Numbered from the stretch's first letter, positions 8,380 to 16,235 are shown. The stretch is 32,000 bases of DNA from an uncultured archaeon (GCA_964577555.1 CAZNZM010000002.1:93012-125011); one strand, 5' to 3'. The notes: generated by a model not told the origin, from the letters alone. Made by a program: numbers and translations.

Positions 8380-9750
8380 TTGGTTAAAATAGGTCTTGAA
8401 GTCCATGTGCAGCTTTCAACTTTGTCAAAGCTTTTTTGCCATTGTCCTGTTTCTGAAGCCGAGCCAAATTCTTTGGTTTGTGAAGTTTGTTTAGGCATGC
8501 CTGGTTCCAAGCCTGTTTTGAATAAAAAAGCGGTGGAGTATGCGATAATGCTTGCCAGTGCTTTGAATTGCAAAATTAATCGGGAATTTTTCTTTTCAAG
8601 GAAAATTTATTTTTATCCAGATCTTGCAAAAAATTATCAAATAACCCAGTATGAATCTCCAATAGGCGAGTCTGGGTTTATTGATGTTGATGGCGAGAAA
8701 ATAAGGATAAAAAGGGTTCATCTTGAAGAAGACCCTGCTTCTCTTATCCACGAGTCTAATACTGATTATTGTCTTGTGGACTACAATCGTTCAGGCGTGC
8801 CTCTTTGTGAAATTGTGACTGAGCCAGATATAAAAAGCCCGTTGCAGGCTCGTAAATTTTTGGACAAATTTCTTAATATTATTTCTTATTTAGGCATATA
8901 CGACCAATCAATCGGCGTTCTAAAAGTTGATTGCAATATTTCAATTGATGGTGGCGAGAGAGTCGAAATAAAAAACGTTACTGGTTTTAGGGCTGTTGAA
9001 GATGCTTTTGAAGCAGAGCTTCTTCGCCAAATTTCTGAAAAGAATGCTGGCAATAAAATAGAGCGGGAAACAAGGGGTTTTGATGCATCTTTGAAATCAA
9101 CTTATTCTTTGCGGAAAAAAGAAACTGAGGAGGATTATGGCTATATTTTTGATCCTGATTTGCCAAAAATTGAAATAAGCCAAGATTGGCTTGAAAAAAT
9201 CAAGGCAAGTATTCCAGAACTTCCAGAGCAAAAGGCTTTGCGTTTCATGAAACAGTATGGGCTTAAAGAATATGATGCCAAGGTTCTTGTTGGGGACAAA
9301 CTTATTTCTGAAATTTTTGAGGATTGTGCCAAAATAGATGTTAAAATAGCCACAAAAATAATTTCAAGAGAGCTTTTAGGTGTTTTGAATTATAATTCTT
9401 TGCAACTTTCTTCCACTAAAATAACTTCTTCAGGCATTGCTGGGTTAGTTAAACTTCTTTCTTTAGGAAAGGTAAGTGAAAAGAATGCTAAAGAGTCTTT
9501 AATCAAGTATGCTTTGGATGGGGTTGAACCTGAACATTATCTTTCTTCTAACAATTTGCTTATGGATTCTTCAGTTGTTGATATTTCTTCTGCCGTGAAA
9601 TCGGTTGTTGAAGAAAATAAATCGGCTTTTTCAGATTTCAAGTCTGGCAGTTCAAAGGCTTTGAATTTTTTAATAGGCGCGGTAATGAAAAAGTTGCGCG
9701 GCAAAGCCGATGCCAGAATAGTTCGAAAGGAAATTGAAAAATTTAAGTAG
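8380..9750 (+). CDS. gatB: Asp/Glu-tRNA amidotransferase subunit B
   Basis: 456 aa. N-terminal IGLEVHVQL and CEVCLGMPGSKPVLN. TTG start immediately follows the suhB TAA. SD GGAGGGTG at 8367-8374. Confidence 0.92.
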   Translation: MVKIGLEVHVQLSTLSKLFCHCPVSEAEPNSLVCEVCLGMPGSKPVLNKKAVEYAIMLASALNCKINREFFFSRKIYFYPDLAKNYQITQYESPIGESGFIDVDGEKIRIKRVHLEEDPASLIHESNTDYCLVDYNRSGVPLCEIVTEPDIKSPLQARKFLDKFLNIISYLGIYDQSIGVLKVDCNISIDGGERVEIKNVTGFRAVEDAFEAELLRQISEKNAGNKIERETRGFDASLKSTYSLRKKETEEDYGYIFDPDLPKIEISQDWLEKIKASIPELPEQKALRFMKQYGLKEYDAKVLVGDKLISEIFEDCAKIDVKIATKIISRELLGVLNYNSLQLSSTKITSSGIAGLVKLLSLGKVSEKNAKESLIKYALDGVEPEHYLSSNNLLMDSSVVDISSAVKSVVEENKSAFSDFKSGSSKALNFLIGAVMKKLRGKADARIVRKEIEKFK

Positions 9751-9770
9751 TTTTATTGAAGTAGTTTTTC

Positions 9771-10271
9771 TTATTCAGATTTCACCCAAATGTTAAAGAA
9801 TTCTTTTTCATATTCTTTTCCGGTTTTTTTGTCTTTTATTAAAACGAAATTTTCAAAGTTGGAAGTATTTGCGTTTTTTGTCCAATTGTATGAACCCGTA
9901 AGTACGATTTCTTCGTCAATTATTGCAAATTTATTGTGCATCACTTTGTTTTTTGGAGCAAACCTAATTTCTATGCCTGCTTTTTTCATTTCATTAAAAT
10001 CTGAATATTTTGAGTTAGATTGCAAATAATCGGCGACAATCCTTACTTTTATTCCTTTTTTAGATTTTTCTTCAAGAGCTTTTGCAAGGCTGTCGGATGT
10101 AAAAGAATACATTGCTATGTCAATTGAATTTTTTGCGGATTCTATTGCTGTTATTGTTCTTTCTTCGCACATGTCCCTCGGGCAGAAATAAGCTTGTATG
10201 TCAGTTTCTTGCGTGTTTTGGATACAACCTGTTAAAACCAATAAAAAAACAGCGAATAAATGGGTTTTCAT
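9771..10271 (-). CDS. Phospholipase D-family (HKD) nuclease, Nuc-like, predicted lipoprotein
   Basis: 166 aa. Single HKD motif HNKFAIIDEEIVLTGSYNWT. N-terminal signal peptide with lipobox-like LVLTGC. Confidence 0.8.
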   Translation of the reverse strand: MKTHLFAVFLLVLTGCIQNTQETDIQAYFCPRDMCEERTITAIESAKNSIDIAMYSFTSDSLAKALEEKSKKGIKVRIVADYLQSNSKYSDFNEMKKAGIEIRFAPKNKVMHNKFAIIDEEIVLTGSYNWTKNANTSNFENFVLIKDKKTGKEYEKEFFNIWVKSE

Positions 10272-10519
10272 TAATTATTTTTTATTCTTATTTAGTTAAA
10301 AAACAAGCTTTTTTTTGTTTATTGTACCATAAATCATTTATAAATAAAAAACAGGAAAGTTATAGAAAAAGGAAAAAGTAAATTTCACCTCACACCTCCC
10401 TTTATTTTCTTTTTCCTTTTTTTTCTTTTTTTTTATTAAAATAAAGGAATTTAAAAGGCGTTTGTATTTTTTTATTATTGCCTTTGTTGGCTTTTTTTGA
10501 AGTCAGGGGGGTTTTTTTT

Positions 10520-10918
10520 ATGAAATTTTCTTGTGTTTTTTTGCTTTTGATTTTGTTTTCAAGTGTCGTATTTGCTGAAGGTTATTTTTGGGATTCGCTT
10601 AGACCCGTCACTGAACTCGCAAAACAATTTGAAATTCCGATAACTTATCTTTTGTTTTTAGTTTCGTTGGTTGTTTTTGTCATTTCTTTTTTTGGTTGGC
10701 GCAAATCCAAATCAACAAGGATACTTTTAATATCATTTGCTTTTTTTCTGTTTGTTTTGAAATGGTTAATAGAGATTATTGATATTTATTTTTCTCCTGG
10801 AAATTTTCTTGGCTATGCTTCCGCAAAAGTTTTTGATTTTGCCATAATGTTTTTGATTTTTATAGCCATATTTTATCGCAAGTCGTGGTCAAATTTTTTT
10901 GCAAAGGAAGAAAAATGA
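10520..10918 (+). CDS. Hypothetical membrane protein (signal peptide plus about 3 TM segments)
   Basis: ATG 10520 is preceded by AGGGGGG. Hydrophobic segments throughout. A 9-nt gap separates it from the downstream regulator gene. Confidence 0.5.
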   Translation: MKFSCVFLLLILFSSVVFAEGYFWDSLRPVTELAKQFEIPITYLLFLVSLVVFVISFFGWRKSKSTRILLISFAFFLFVLKWLIEIIDIYFSPGNFLGYASAKVFDFAIMFLIFIAIFYRKSWSNFFAKEEK

Positions 10919-10927
10919 GGTATTAAG

Positions 10928-11455
10928 ATGCAAGATGCTCTTGAGGAAGCGCTTCGTCTTGATGCAAGAAAGAAAATTTATGAAATAATACGTGCTAATC
11001 CTGGTTTGCATTTTAGAGAAATACAACGCAGGTCTGGTTTTGCCACTGGGGCTTTGCAGTATCATTTGGATTATTTGGTGAAAAAGCATTTGGTGAAAAC
11101 AGAGCGTGATTCAAAGTTTTTGAGGTATTTTTTAGTGAGGGAAAAATTTGATGAAACCAAATTAATGTCTTTGCTTAGGCAGGATAATGTTAGAAGCATA
11201 GTTGTTTTTCTTATGCAGAAGCGCAGCGCGGCGTTTGAAACTATTGTGAAAAATTCAGGGTTTGGCAGTTCTACTGTTTTGTTTCATTTGGAAAAGCTTG
11301 TTGAGTTTCAAATAGTGCAAAAATATGTTTCGGGAAAAAAGACTTTTTATAAAATAGTTAACAAGGACAGGGTTGCGTCTGTTTTGGTTGGTTACAAGGA
11401 AAGCTTTTTGGATGATGTTGTTGATAATTTTGTTGAAGTTTGGGAGAAATTGTAA
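10928..11455 (+). CDS. Transcriptional regulator with two ArsR-like winged-helix domains
   Basis: 175 aa. Two copies of the pattern (R..I...I..NPG.HFREI.R..G...G.LQYHLDYL.K..L and FETIVKNSGFGSSTVLFHLEKLVEFQIV). Confidence 0.7.
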   Translation: MQDALEEALRLDARKKIYEIIRANPGLHFREIQRRSGFATGALQYHLDYLVKKHLVKTERDSKFLRYFLVREKFDETKLMSLLRQDNVRSIVVFLMQKRSAAFETIVKNSGFGSSTVLFHLEKLVEFQIVQKYVSGKKTFYKIVNKDRVASVLVGYKESFLDDVVDNFVEVWEKL

Positions 11456-11578
11456 CTTTAAATTTTTGTTTTTTTTTACTTTTTTAAATTTTTTTGGTGT
11501 TTTTCTTTAAACTGACTTTTTCAATTTTGCGGAATATTTTGGAGTATTGTCATTTATTGCTTGTCAATTGTTGAGTTT

Positions 11579-12349
11579 TCACTTTTGTTTTTTTTTTGAT
11601 TTTATTCTTATTTTTTTTAGAGATAAAAAAAGATTTTTTGATGTTTCTTTTACAATTTTTCTTTTGAATATGTACATGTATAATGCGCCGAATATTCCTG
11701 CAAATAAGTGCACTTCAAAATTTGTTTTTGTTTTTTTTGTTATTTCTATTCCTTGTTTTATTTGTTTTTGTTCTTTTGTTTTAGTTTCTATCTGGTTTTG
11801 AACAATTTCAATTTTTTGTTGATTGTTGTCTTTTACTGCTTGTTGTTTTTGTTGTTCTAGTTTTATTATTTCATTTTTTGTTTTTTCTTTTTGTTCTTCT
11901 ATTTTAATGCTTATTCCGCCAGAAATTAAAAATGCTATGATTGTTCCGATTATTGCTACTACTATTGTTTTTTTTGGGTTTGTGAGGAATGCTGCTGATA
12001 GAAGTGCTGCGGCTCCGCCGCTTGCACCTATAAGCGAGTTGAATGGGTTGATTATTGCAAACATTATTGCGGAAAAAGCCGCGCCGAGGAAGAATATTTT
12101 TGCTGTTTCTTTCCAACCAATAATTGTTTCAACTACAAATCCTGCTGATAAGAGCATTGCAAGGTTTGTTATTAAGTGTCCGTAGCTTGCGTGTATAAAT
12201 ATGTGGAATATTATGTTCCAAGGTTGGCCGAACCAAAACCCGTAATTTATCAAGATTTGTTGTGTTGCAAAGAAAAGCATTGTGGAAAGTGAAATATATA
12301 TTGTGGTTATTATTGCTGCGATTATTAATGTGAATTTTGGTATTTGCAT
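11579..12349 (-). CDS. Rhomboid-family intramembrane serine protease with a Q/K/E-rich insertion before the catalytic-His helix
   Basis: HIFIHASYGHLITN (TM2), GASGG (Ser110, TM4) and VHLFAGIFGALY (His214, TM6). Confidence 0.8.
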   Translation of the reverse strand: MQIPKFTLIIAAIITTIYISLSTMLFFATQQILINYGFWFGQPWNIIFHIFIHASYGHLITNLAMLLSAGFVVETIIGWKETAKIFFLGAAFSAIMFAIINPFNSLIGASGGAAALLSAAFLTNPKKTIVVAIIGTIIAFLISGGISIKIEEQKEKTKNEIIKLEQQKQQAVKDNNQQKIEIVQNQIETKTKEQKQIKQGIEITKKTKTNFEVHLFAGIFGALYMYIFKRKIVKETSKNLFLSLKKIRIKSKKKQK

Positions 12350-12385
12350 ATGGTTTGATAATGTATTCTCTTGTTTATTTTATTT

Positions 12386-12640
12386 GTGGTGTTTTTTTTT
12401 AAATTCAATTAAGACGATATTTTTTTTGTTTTTGATGTGTTTTTTTTGGCGAGCCGTTTTTTTTGAGTTTTTTTTTTGAATTATTTTTTTTGATTTTTGG
12501 TTTTTTTTAGTTGATTTTTTTGGTGAGCCGCTTTTTTGTCATTTTTCTTTTTTTTTGTTTGCAATTTTGTTTTTTTTGTTTTGTAAGCTATTTTTTTGAA
12601 TTATTTTTTGGTTTGAATTTTTTGTTGAGCTAAGTTTTTT
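12386..12640 (+). repeat. Intergenic T-tract / GCRAGCYR repeat array B
   Basis: Cores GGCGAGCCG 12448, GGTGAGCCG 12522, GTAAGCTA 12583, GTTGAGCTA 12624. GAATTA-T(n) modules at 12478 and 12598. Confidence 0.7.
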
Positions 12641-12643
12641 GTA

Positions 12644-12718
12644 TGGGCAAGGGCGGATTTGAACCGCCGACCGCGCGATTATCAGTCGCGTGCTCCAACC
12701 AGGCTAAGCTACTCGCCC
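12644..12718 (-). tRNA. tRNA-Ile (anticodon GAU), no intron, CCA not encoded
   Basis: The reverse complement folds as a cloverleaf. Acceptor GGGCGAG/CTTGCCC, anticodon arm CGCGA-CTGATAA-TCGCG, T arm GGCGG-TTCAAAT-CCGCC, discriminator A. Confidence 0.93.
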
Positions 12719-12792
12719 AAAATTTTGTTGTCACAGAATTTGTTTTTGCTGGCAAAACCTTTTAAAAGGTGCTAAAATCATTTTATTTTGCT

Positions 12793-13371
12793 TTAGAATG
12801 AATAGAAGCTTATTCTGCATTTCGCCATTTTTGAGTAGAATTCGTGGTCTTCTTTTTTTTCTTTTGTTGAATAAAATATTTCGTCAAGCCCCAACCAAGT
12901 AGTGAACCAGCCTGCTGGTTCTATTATTACTGTAATAAATTTAAGGAATAAGTTTGTTCCTTCTATGGTACGGAGATATGCAGCTATTATCATTAGCAGG
13001 AATCCTGTTATTGTCATTGTTATGCCTTTCTTTTTTATGTTTTTTACCTCGTTGTCAAGTATTGTGTGGTGTTTTTTGAAGTGTTCATGGAGTCTTTTTT
13101 TTATAACGCTTTCAATTTCAATATTTCTGTTTGATTTCGGTATTAGGAATTTTAGTTCTAATGTTTCTCCGTTTTTTCCTATGCTTGCTTTTTTGGCTGC
13201 TATTATGAAATCATCAGAAATTGATTTTTTTGAGTAAGGTCTTGGGTCAAAATCGGAAAAAATGTATTCATAGTCGTTTATCAGTATGCTTATTTCGCTC
13301 ATTTCCAGCAATTTTTCTTTTTCTTCTTCGTTTAGGGTTTCTTTTTTTTCTTTTATGTTGTCTTTTTGCAT
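12793..13371 (-). CDS. Hypothetical membrane protein (soluble N-terminal domain plus 2 C-terminal TM segments)
   Basis: 192 aa. Acidic/Lys-rich N-terminus, FSDFDPRPY motif, then two hydrophobic helices. No family recognised. Confidence 0.5.
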   Translation of the reverse strand: MQKDNIKEKKETLNEEEKEKLLEMSEISILINDYEYIFSDFDPRPYSKKSISDDFIIAAKKASIGKNGETLELKFLIPKSNRNIEIESVIKKRLHEHFKKHHTILDNEVKNIKKKGITMTITGFLLMIIAAYLRTIEGTNLFLKFITVIIEPAGWFTTWLGLDEIFYSTKEKKEDHEFYSKMAKCRISFYSF

Positions 13372-13517
13372 ATTAATAAAGAAAACTTTAGTGTTTTTAA
13401 TTTATGTCTATCGTGTTTTTGTGGAAATTGTGTTTTTTTAAATAATTTTTAAGTGTTTTTTTTGTGTAAATATCATTTTAAAAAGACTTTCCAAGGCAGT
13501 TATTTAATATTTTTGTT

Positions 13518-13660
13518 AGCCCCATCGTCTAGTGGCTAAGGATACAGGCCTTTGGCGCAGCATTTTTTTGGAAATATGTTGGGAAATCAATAAGTTTTGT
13601 TTGTTTGATTTTTTGCTGCGAAGTGAGCCTGGGACCCCGGTTCGAATCCGGGTGGGGCTA
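13518..13660 (+). tRNA. tRNA-Gln (anticodon UUG) interrupted by a 70-nt intron at the canonical 37/38 position; CCA not encoded
   Basis: Acceptor AGCCCCA/TGGGGCT (A1-U72). Anticodon stem CAGGC/GCCTG with loop CTTTGG|..|A. T arm CCCGG-TTCGAAT-CCGGG. Confidence 0.9.
13556..13625 (+). other. tRNA-Gln intron with canonical hBHBh' splicing motif
   Basis: Central 4-bp helix CUUU/GAAG flanked by 3-nt bulges GG|C and UG|A. Outer helix GCAGCA/UGCUGC (13557-13562 with 13614-13619). Confidence 0.8.
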
Positions 13661-13664
13661 GTTA

Positions 13665-13671
13665 TTTTTTT
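13665..13671 (+). terminator. Oligo-T (T7) tract 5 nt downstream of tRNA-Gln
   Basis: GTTATTTTTTTAGG directly follows the discriminator base. Archaeal RNA polymerase terminates at oligo-T. Confidence 0.5.
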
Positions 13672-13707
13672 AGGAGTGCGATTGTTCTTTTTTTTTAAAG
13701 TGTTTTT

Positions 13708-14394
13708 ATGTCAAAAAAAAATAATTTTAGAGGTAGGAAAAGTAGAGATGAGAGAAGATTGAGTCTTCTTCTGAGACTGAGAAAATCTAAAAAGGTTTCC
13801 GGTTTTTTTAATTCAAAGCCCTATAAAATATTTGCAAATCGTGCTTCTAAAATTTTTGAGATGCCTGAAGGAAAACTTGTTTCAAGTAATGGCCCTGTTG
13901 TTGCTCGGTTTGTTGCTGAGTTTATAAACAAGAATGGCAGGGTTAAATACAGTCCAGCCCAAGTTTTTGAAAAGCTTGGCAAAAAAATTGTTGTTAAATT
14001 ATTGCAAGTTCCTGTCAGTGATGAAGTTTTAGCTAAAAATTATGCAAGTAGAAGTGCCGAGGAAATATTATCCGATCGTCGTGTTTTTATGTCTCATGAA
14101 CGTGGTAAAATTGCTGGTTGTGTTGATTATACGCATGTAGCTATTGCATGTGCTCGCAGACTAGGTTTTAAGGCATTGTTTTATAGATCAAAAGGTCATT
14201 CTAAAGCTCTTGTTTTTATAGATGGCAAGTTTTATTTTTGGGATCCTATGATCTTGTTAAGTTATGGTCCTGAATATAATACTTTGAATGAAATAGATTT
14301 AAATGGATTTGATTTGTATGACATTTCTATTGGGGATTATAAACTTGGAAGAGATGCTTCTGATGTGGGTTTGAGTTTTCACAATTTCTTTTGA
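13708..14394 (+). CDS. Transglutaminase-like (papain-fold) putative cysteine protease with a highly basic N-terminus
   Basis: 228 aa. GKIAGCVDYTHVAIACARRLGFKALFY (Cys core), GHSKALVFIDGKFYFWDP (His...Asp), matching the transglutaminase-core pattern G.C..F......R..G..AR / H.W.E... / DP. Confidence 0.6.
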   Translation: MSKKNNFRGRKSRDERRLSLLLRLRKSKKVSGFFNSKPYKIFANRASKIFEMPEGKLVSSNGPVVARFVAEFINKNGRVKYSPAQVFEKLGKKIVVKLLQVPVSDEVLAKNYASRSAEEILSDRRVFMSHERGKIAGCVDYTHVAIACARRLGFKALFYRSKGHSKALVFIDGKFYFWDPMILLSYGPEYNTLNEIDLNGFDLYDISIGDYKLGRDASDVGLSFHNFF

Positions 14395-14486
14395 AAGTGT
14401 AATTTTACTATTTTGTCGTTTATTGTCTTAATTTGTTTTTTGTTTTTTAAGTAGCTTTTTATTTATTGCTTGTTGTATTTTTTTTA

Positions 14487-16235
14487 ATGGTTGGTAAAGA
14501 GTTTGTTCCTGAGGAGAATGGCGGTTCTGGTTTGACTTTCAGGGCTGTGTTGATTGCTGTTTTTCTTGCTGTTTTTTTGTTGTTTGTTTCTAGTTATGTT
14601 GCTTTGAAGGTTGGAGCTTTGCCTTGGCCAATAGTGTTTAGTGCTATTGTTGCTGGTTTTCTTGTAAAAATTAGTTCTGTTTTTTTTGGAAAGGGTAATA
14701 AGCATGAATTGAATGTTGCCCAAGCTGGCGGAACTGTTGGGGGTTTGTTGGCTTCAGGTATTGTTTTTACGATTCCAGGTATTTTGTATTTGCAATCAAA
14801 GGGTTTTGTAGTTAAGTTGCCTGGTGTTTTGGAGTTGGCTGTTTTGGGTGTTTGTGCTGGTGTTTTGGGTGTTTTGCTTTCCATGCCGTTGCGCAGGGTT
14901 TTTGTTGATGAATTGGATTTGCCTTATCCTAGTGGTTCAGCTGGTGCCGAGGTTATAAAGGCTCAATCTGATATAGGTAGGAATACTTTTTTTCTTTTTT
15001 TGGCTGTTTCTTTGGCTGGTTTGTTTGTTTTGTTTCGTGATAATTTTTTTGCGAATGGTTTTTTGATAAGCGTTTATCCAAAACTTGGTTTGGAATTTTT
15101 GTTTTATCCGATGCCTTTAGCTGTTTGTGTGGGTTTTCTTTTGGGTAAAAAAGCTGGTTTTGATTCTTGGTTTTTTGGTTCTTTTTTTGGTTGGTTGGTT
15201 TTGGTTCCTGTTTTGGTGTTGCTTAATGCATTTCCTTTGTCTGAGTCTATTGGTTTGGTTCAGGGTTTAGGAATGGGTGTTGTTATAGGCAGCGGTGTTG
15301 GTTTTTTTGTTTCTTATGTTTTGCCAAGGGCTAAAAAGATTTTTTTTCCTTTACTAAAATGGGTGGGTGTTCCTTGGTATTGGAAGTTTTTGCCTTTGTT
15401 TTCTTTCGTGTCTTTTTTTGCTTTGTATTTAATCGGTGTTCCAATTGTTGTTGCTGCTATTGCTGTATTAGGTGTTTGGATGATGGTTTCTGTTGCTGCA
15501 ATGATGACTGGCGAAACGGATATTGATCCTTTGGAGCAATTCGGGTTGATTGTTGGTTTGGTTGTAATTGGTTTTTTTTCTGTTTTTGGTTTGAATATTG
15601 ATTATTATTCTGTTTTTCTTGTTGTTTGTTTTGTGTCTATTGCAAGTGCTATTGCTGGTGATATTGGGCATGATTATAAATCTGCAAAAATTATTGGCAC
15701 CAAGCCAAAGGACATATTGATTGTTGATTTGATTGTGGTTGTTGTTGTTGGTTTGCTTGCACCTTTTGTTTTTCAAGGAATATTGGACATTTATTCTGGT
15801 GAATTTTTTACTTCTTCAATGCCTGCTCCTCAAGCTCAAATAGTTGCTTCTGCTATTTCAGGTTTTCAGAATTTTTTTGTTTTTCTTTTTGGTTTTCTTG
15901 TTGCGTTTATTTGGGTTGTTTTTGAAAACATTTTTAATAAAAAAACTCCTGTGTTGCCATTGGTTTTTGGCATCGGGCTTTTTTTAGGTCCTACTTTGGG
16001 TGTTTTGCTTGGTGTTGGGGGGCTTTTGAGGGATTTTGTCGAGAAAAAATTTGGTTATTTGGTGGGTGTTGGCGTAATAGTTTCTGCTGGTGTAATGGGT
16101 GGTGAAACTCTTTCAGGTATTGTATCTAAAGTAATGCTAATTAGTGGTTTTGGTGTTTATTCTTTTCCTTTGCTTTTGGTGCTTTTTGTTCTTTTTTTTG
16201 TTTTTTCGTTGAATTTGCGCAATAAAATTATTTGA
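14487..16235 (+). CDS. OPT-family oligopeptide transporter
   Basis: About 580 aa polytopic membrane protein. Motifs AQAGGTVGGLLASGIVFTIPG and LPYPSGSAGAEVIK. I use the first ATG (MVGKEF) rather than the ORF-track start at 14466. Confidence 0.85.
   Translation: MVGKEFVPEENGGSGLTFRAVLIAVFLAVFLLFVSSYVALKVGALPWPIVFSAIVAGFLVKISSVFFGKGNKHELNVAQAGGTVGGLLASGIVFTIPGILYLQSKGFVVKLPGVLELAVLGVCAGVLGVLLSMPLRRVFVDELDLPYPSGSAGAEVIKAQSDIGRNTFFLFLAVSLAGLFVLFRDNFFANGFLISVYPKLGLEFLFYPMPLAVCVGFLLGKKAGFDSWFFGSFFGWLVLVPVLVLLNAFPLSESIGLVQGLGMGVVIGSGVGFFVSYVLPRAKKIFFPLLKWVGVPWYWKFLPLFSFVSFFALYLIGVPIVVAAIAVLGVWMMVSVAAMMTGETDIDPLEQFGLIVGLVVIGFFSVFGLNIDYYSVFLVVCFVSIASAIAGDIGHDYKSAKIIGTKPKDILIVDLIVVVVVGLLAPFVFQGILDIYSGEFFTSSMPAPQAQIVASAISGFQNFFVFLFGFLVAFIWVVFENIFNKKTPVLPLVFGIGLFLGPTLGVLLGVGGLLRDFVEKKFGYLVGVGVIVSAGVMGGETLSGIVSKVMLISGFGVYSFPLLLVLFVLFFVFSLNLRNKII

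Noticed and set aside
10386-10400. C-rich island CACCTCACACCTCCC in the PLD/membrane-gene spacer (looked like an anti-SD or rRNA fragment)
   Set aside because: It is too short and has no flanking structure or conservation to support an RNA gene. It may simply be part of a divergent promoter region.
11547-12185. Two + strand ORFs (84 and 120 aa) antisense to the rhomboid gene
   Set aside because: The rhomboid catalytic motifs on the minus strand explain the region. The antisense ORFs are F/I/C-rich artefacts.
12758-12769. Palindromic CCTTTTAAAAGG as the tRNA-Ile promoter
   Set aside because: It is plausible as a TATA box, but it lies about 45 nt from the mature 5' end and works equally on both strands. 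I did not annotate it as a feature without start-site data.
13556-13625. C/D box sRNA embedded in the tRNA-Gln intron, by analogy with tRNA-Trp introns
   Set aside because: No RUGAUGA (C box) or CUGA (D box) is present in the intron on the sense strand.
13532-13762. 76-aa ORF spanning the tRNA-Gln locus
   Set aside because: It overlaps a well-folded tRNA and its intron. Its sequence is low-complexity.
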